Positions 63,195-64,000 of a DNA stretch of 64,000 nt are shown piece after piece (position 1 is the stretch's first letter; each line of letters starts with the position of its first letter). The translations under genes were made by a program, and so were the position numbers. The stretch is taken from positions 771,503-835,502 of the forward strand of contig CAVSOL010000002.1 of the NCBI GenBank assembly GCA_963729535.1, given 5' to 3'. The notes under the pieces are model-generated. The model was not told where the DNA came from. It made no database searches and saw only the letters and a program-made list of their open reading frames with translations. This stretch comes from an uncultured Pseudomonadota bacterium. GTDB lineage: Bacteria > Myxococcota_A > Polyangia > Fen-1088.

Positions 63195-64000
63195 ATACGG
63201 GCAGCTGGACGGCCTGGCGCTGGCGGAGCTGGTGCGCCGGCGCCAGGTGACGCCCGCCGAGCTGATCGAAGAGGCGATCGCGCGCGCCGAGCGGGTCAAC
63301 CCGCGCATCGGCGCCATCGTCACGCCGCTGTACGATCGCGCCCGCGCGGAGGCCGCCACGGCGGCGCCTCCGAACGCCGGCCCGTTCGCGGGGTTGCCGT
63401 TTCTGCTCAAGGATCTGGACGCGGCGCTGGCCGGCGCGCCCCAGGCGGCGGGGTCGCGCCTGCTGGCCGGCTACGTGCCCACGCGCGATTCGACCATCGT
63501 CGAGCGCTTCCGCCGCGCGGGGGCGATCGTGTTCGGCAAGACCGCGACGCCCGAGCTGGGGCTGGTGCCGTACACCGAGCCGAAGGCGTACGGGCCGACG
63601 CGCAACCCGTGGAACCTGGAGCTCACGCCGGGCGGCTCGAGCGGCGGCGCTGCGGCCGCAGTCGCCGCCGGCATCGTGCCGCTGGCGCATGCGAACGACG
63701 GCGGCGGCTCGATCCGGATTCCGGCGTCGTGCTGCGGTCTGTTCGGGCTCAAACCGTCGCGTGGCCGCACGCCGGCTGGTCCGGATCGCACGCAGCTGTG
63801 GAGCGGCTACGCGATCGGGGGCGTACTGTCGCGCAGCGTGCGCGACAGCGCCGCCATGCTGGACGCCATCGCCGGACCGGAGCCGACGTCGCCGTACCAC
63901 GCGCCCGCGGCGGCGCGTCCGTTCCTGGACGAGGTGGGTGCGCCACCCGGCCGGCTGCGCGTGGCGCTGACCAAGCGCGGGACCGCCGCGGCGATGCCGC
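63181..64000 (+). CDS. Amidase-signature family amidase (3' end lies outside the window)
   Basis: The ATG is at 63181. It has [19 protein letters not shown] and the AS signature [45 protein letters not shown]. The frame is open to the end of the window. Confidence 0.9.
   Translation, partial: MAIAEYGQLDGLALAELVRRRQVTPAELIEEAIARAERVNPRIGAIVTPLYDRARAEAATAAPPNAGPFAGLPFLLKDLDAALAGAPQAAGSRLLAGYVPTRDSTIVERFRRAGAIVFGKTATPELGLVPYTEPKAYGPTRNPWNLELTPGGSSGGAAAAVAAGIVPLAHANDGGGSIRIPASCCGLFGLKPSRGRTPAGPDRTQLWSGYAIGGVLSRSVRDSAAMLDAIAGPEPTSPYHAPAAARPFLDEVGAPPGRLRVALTKRGTAAAMP

Overview
This is a very GC-rich bacterial chromosome segment. The gene content (several Hanks-type Ser/Thr kinases, FHA and TPR proteins, sigma-54, ComEC, many lipoproteins on long glycine-rich tethers) suggests a myxobacterium, probably Sorangiineae-like; that is inference, not proof. 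I call about 58 protein-coding genes. The main blocks are: (i) 2.2-9.9 kb, a complete rpoN-hpf-ptsN-hprK-rapZ-EIIA(Man)-ptsH-ptsI regulatory PTS cluster with a translationally coupled GNAT gene at its end; (ii) housekeeping genes (pyrG, ribF, dapA/dapB, serC, murQ/anmK, rpmE/prfA, comEC, ffh, rsmE/prmA/rpsU, nadK/recN); (iii) accessory secreted proteins, namely a pectate lyase, a GH8 glycanase, and paralogous CBM-like and lamin-tail-domain lipoproteins with repeat-rich Gly/Ala tethers. I saw no rRNA or tRNA genes, CRISPR arrays, transposases, integrases or phage genes. Major caveat: about 33 indel-type reading-frame breaks hit 18 genes, including essential ones (rpoN, serC, recN). These most likely reflect consensus errors, so the full-length coordinates for those genes are reconstructions across frames. 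I found no clear-cut novel system. The best candidates are: (a) a tightly packed kinase / TPR-PEGA-like / lamin-tail lipoprotein / MEMO-like operon (50.6-55.4 kb), in which the MEMO-like protein carries a PqqD/RRE-like N-terminal extension and has no AmmeMemoRadiSam partners in the window; it is divergent from a TonB_C-fused outer-membrane receptor / lipoprotein / PLD operon, and the shared intergenic region carries a 16-bp direct repeat; (b) the array of glycine-tether lipoproteins at 20.9-27.2 kb, including a domain-less protein built on a near-perfect 21-bp x10 tandem repeat; (c) an NGLTM pentapeptide-repeat secreted protein preceded by a striking AT-rich island; (d) a Ser/Thr kinase fused to a V4R domain, next to an orphan histidine-kinase-type membrane module.
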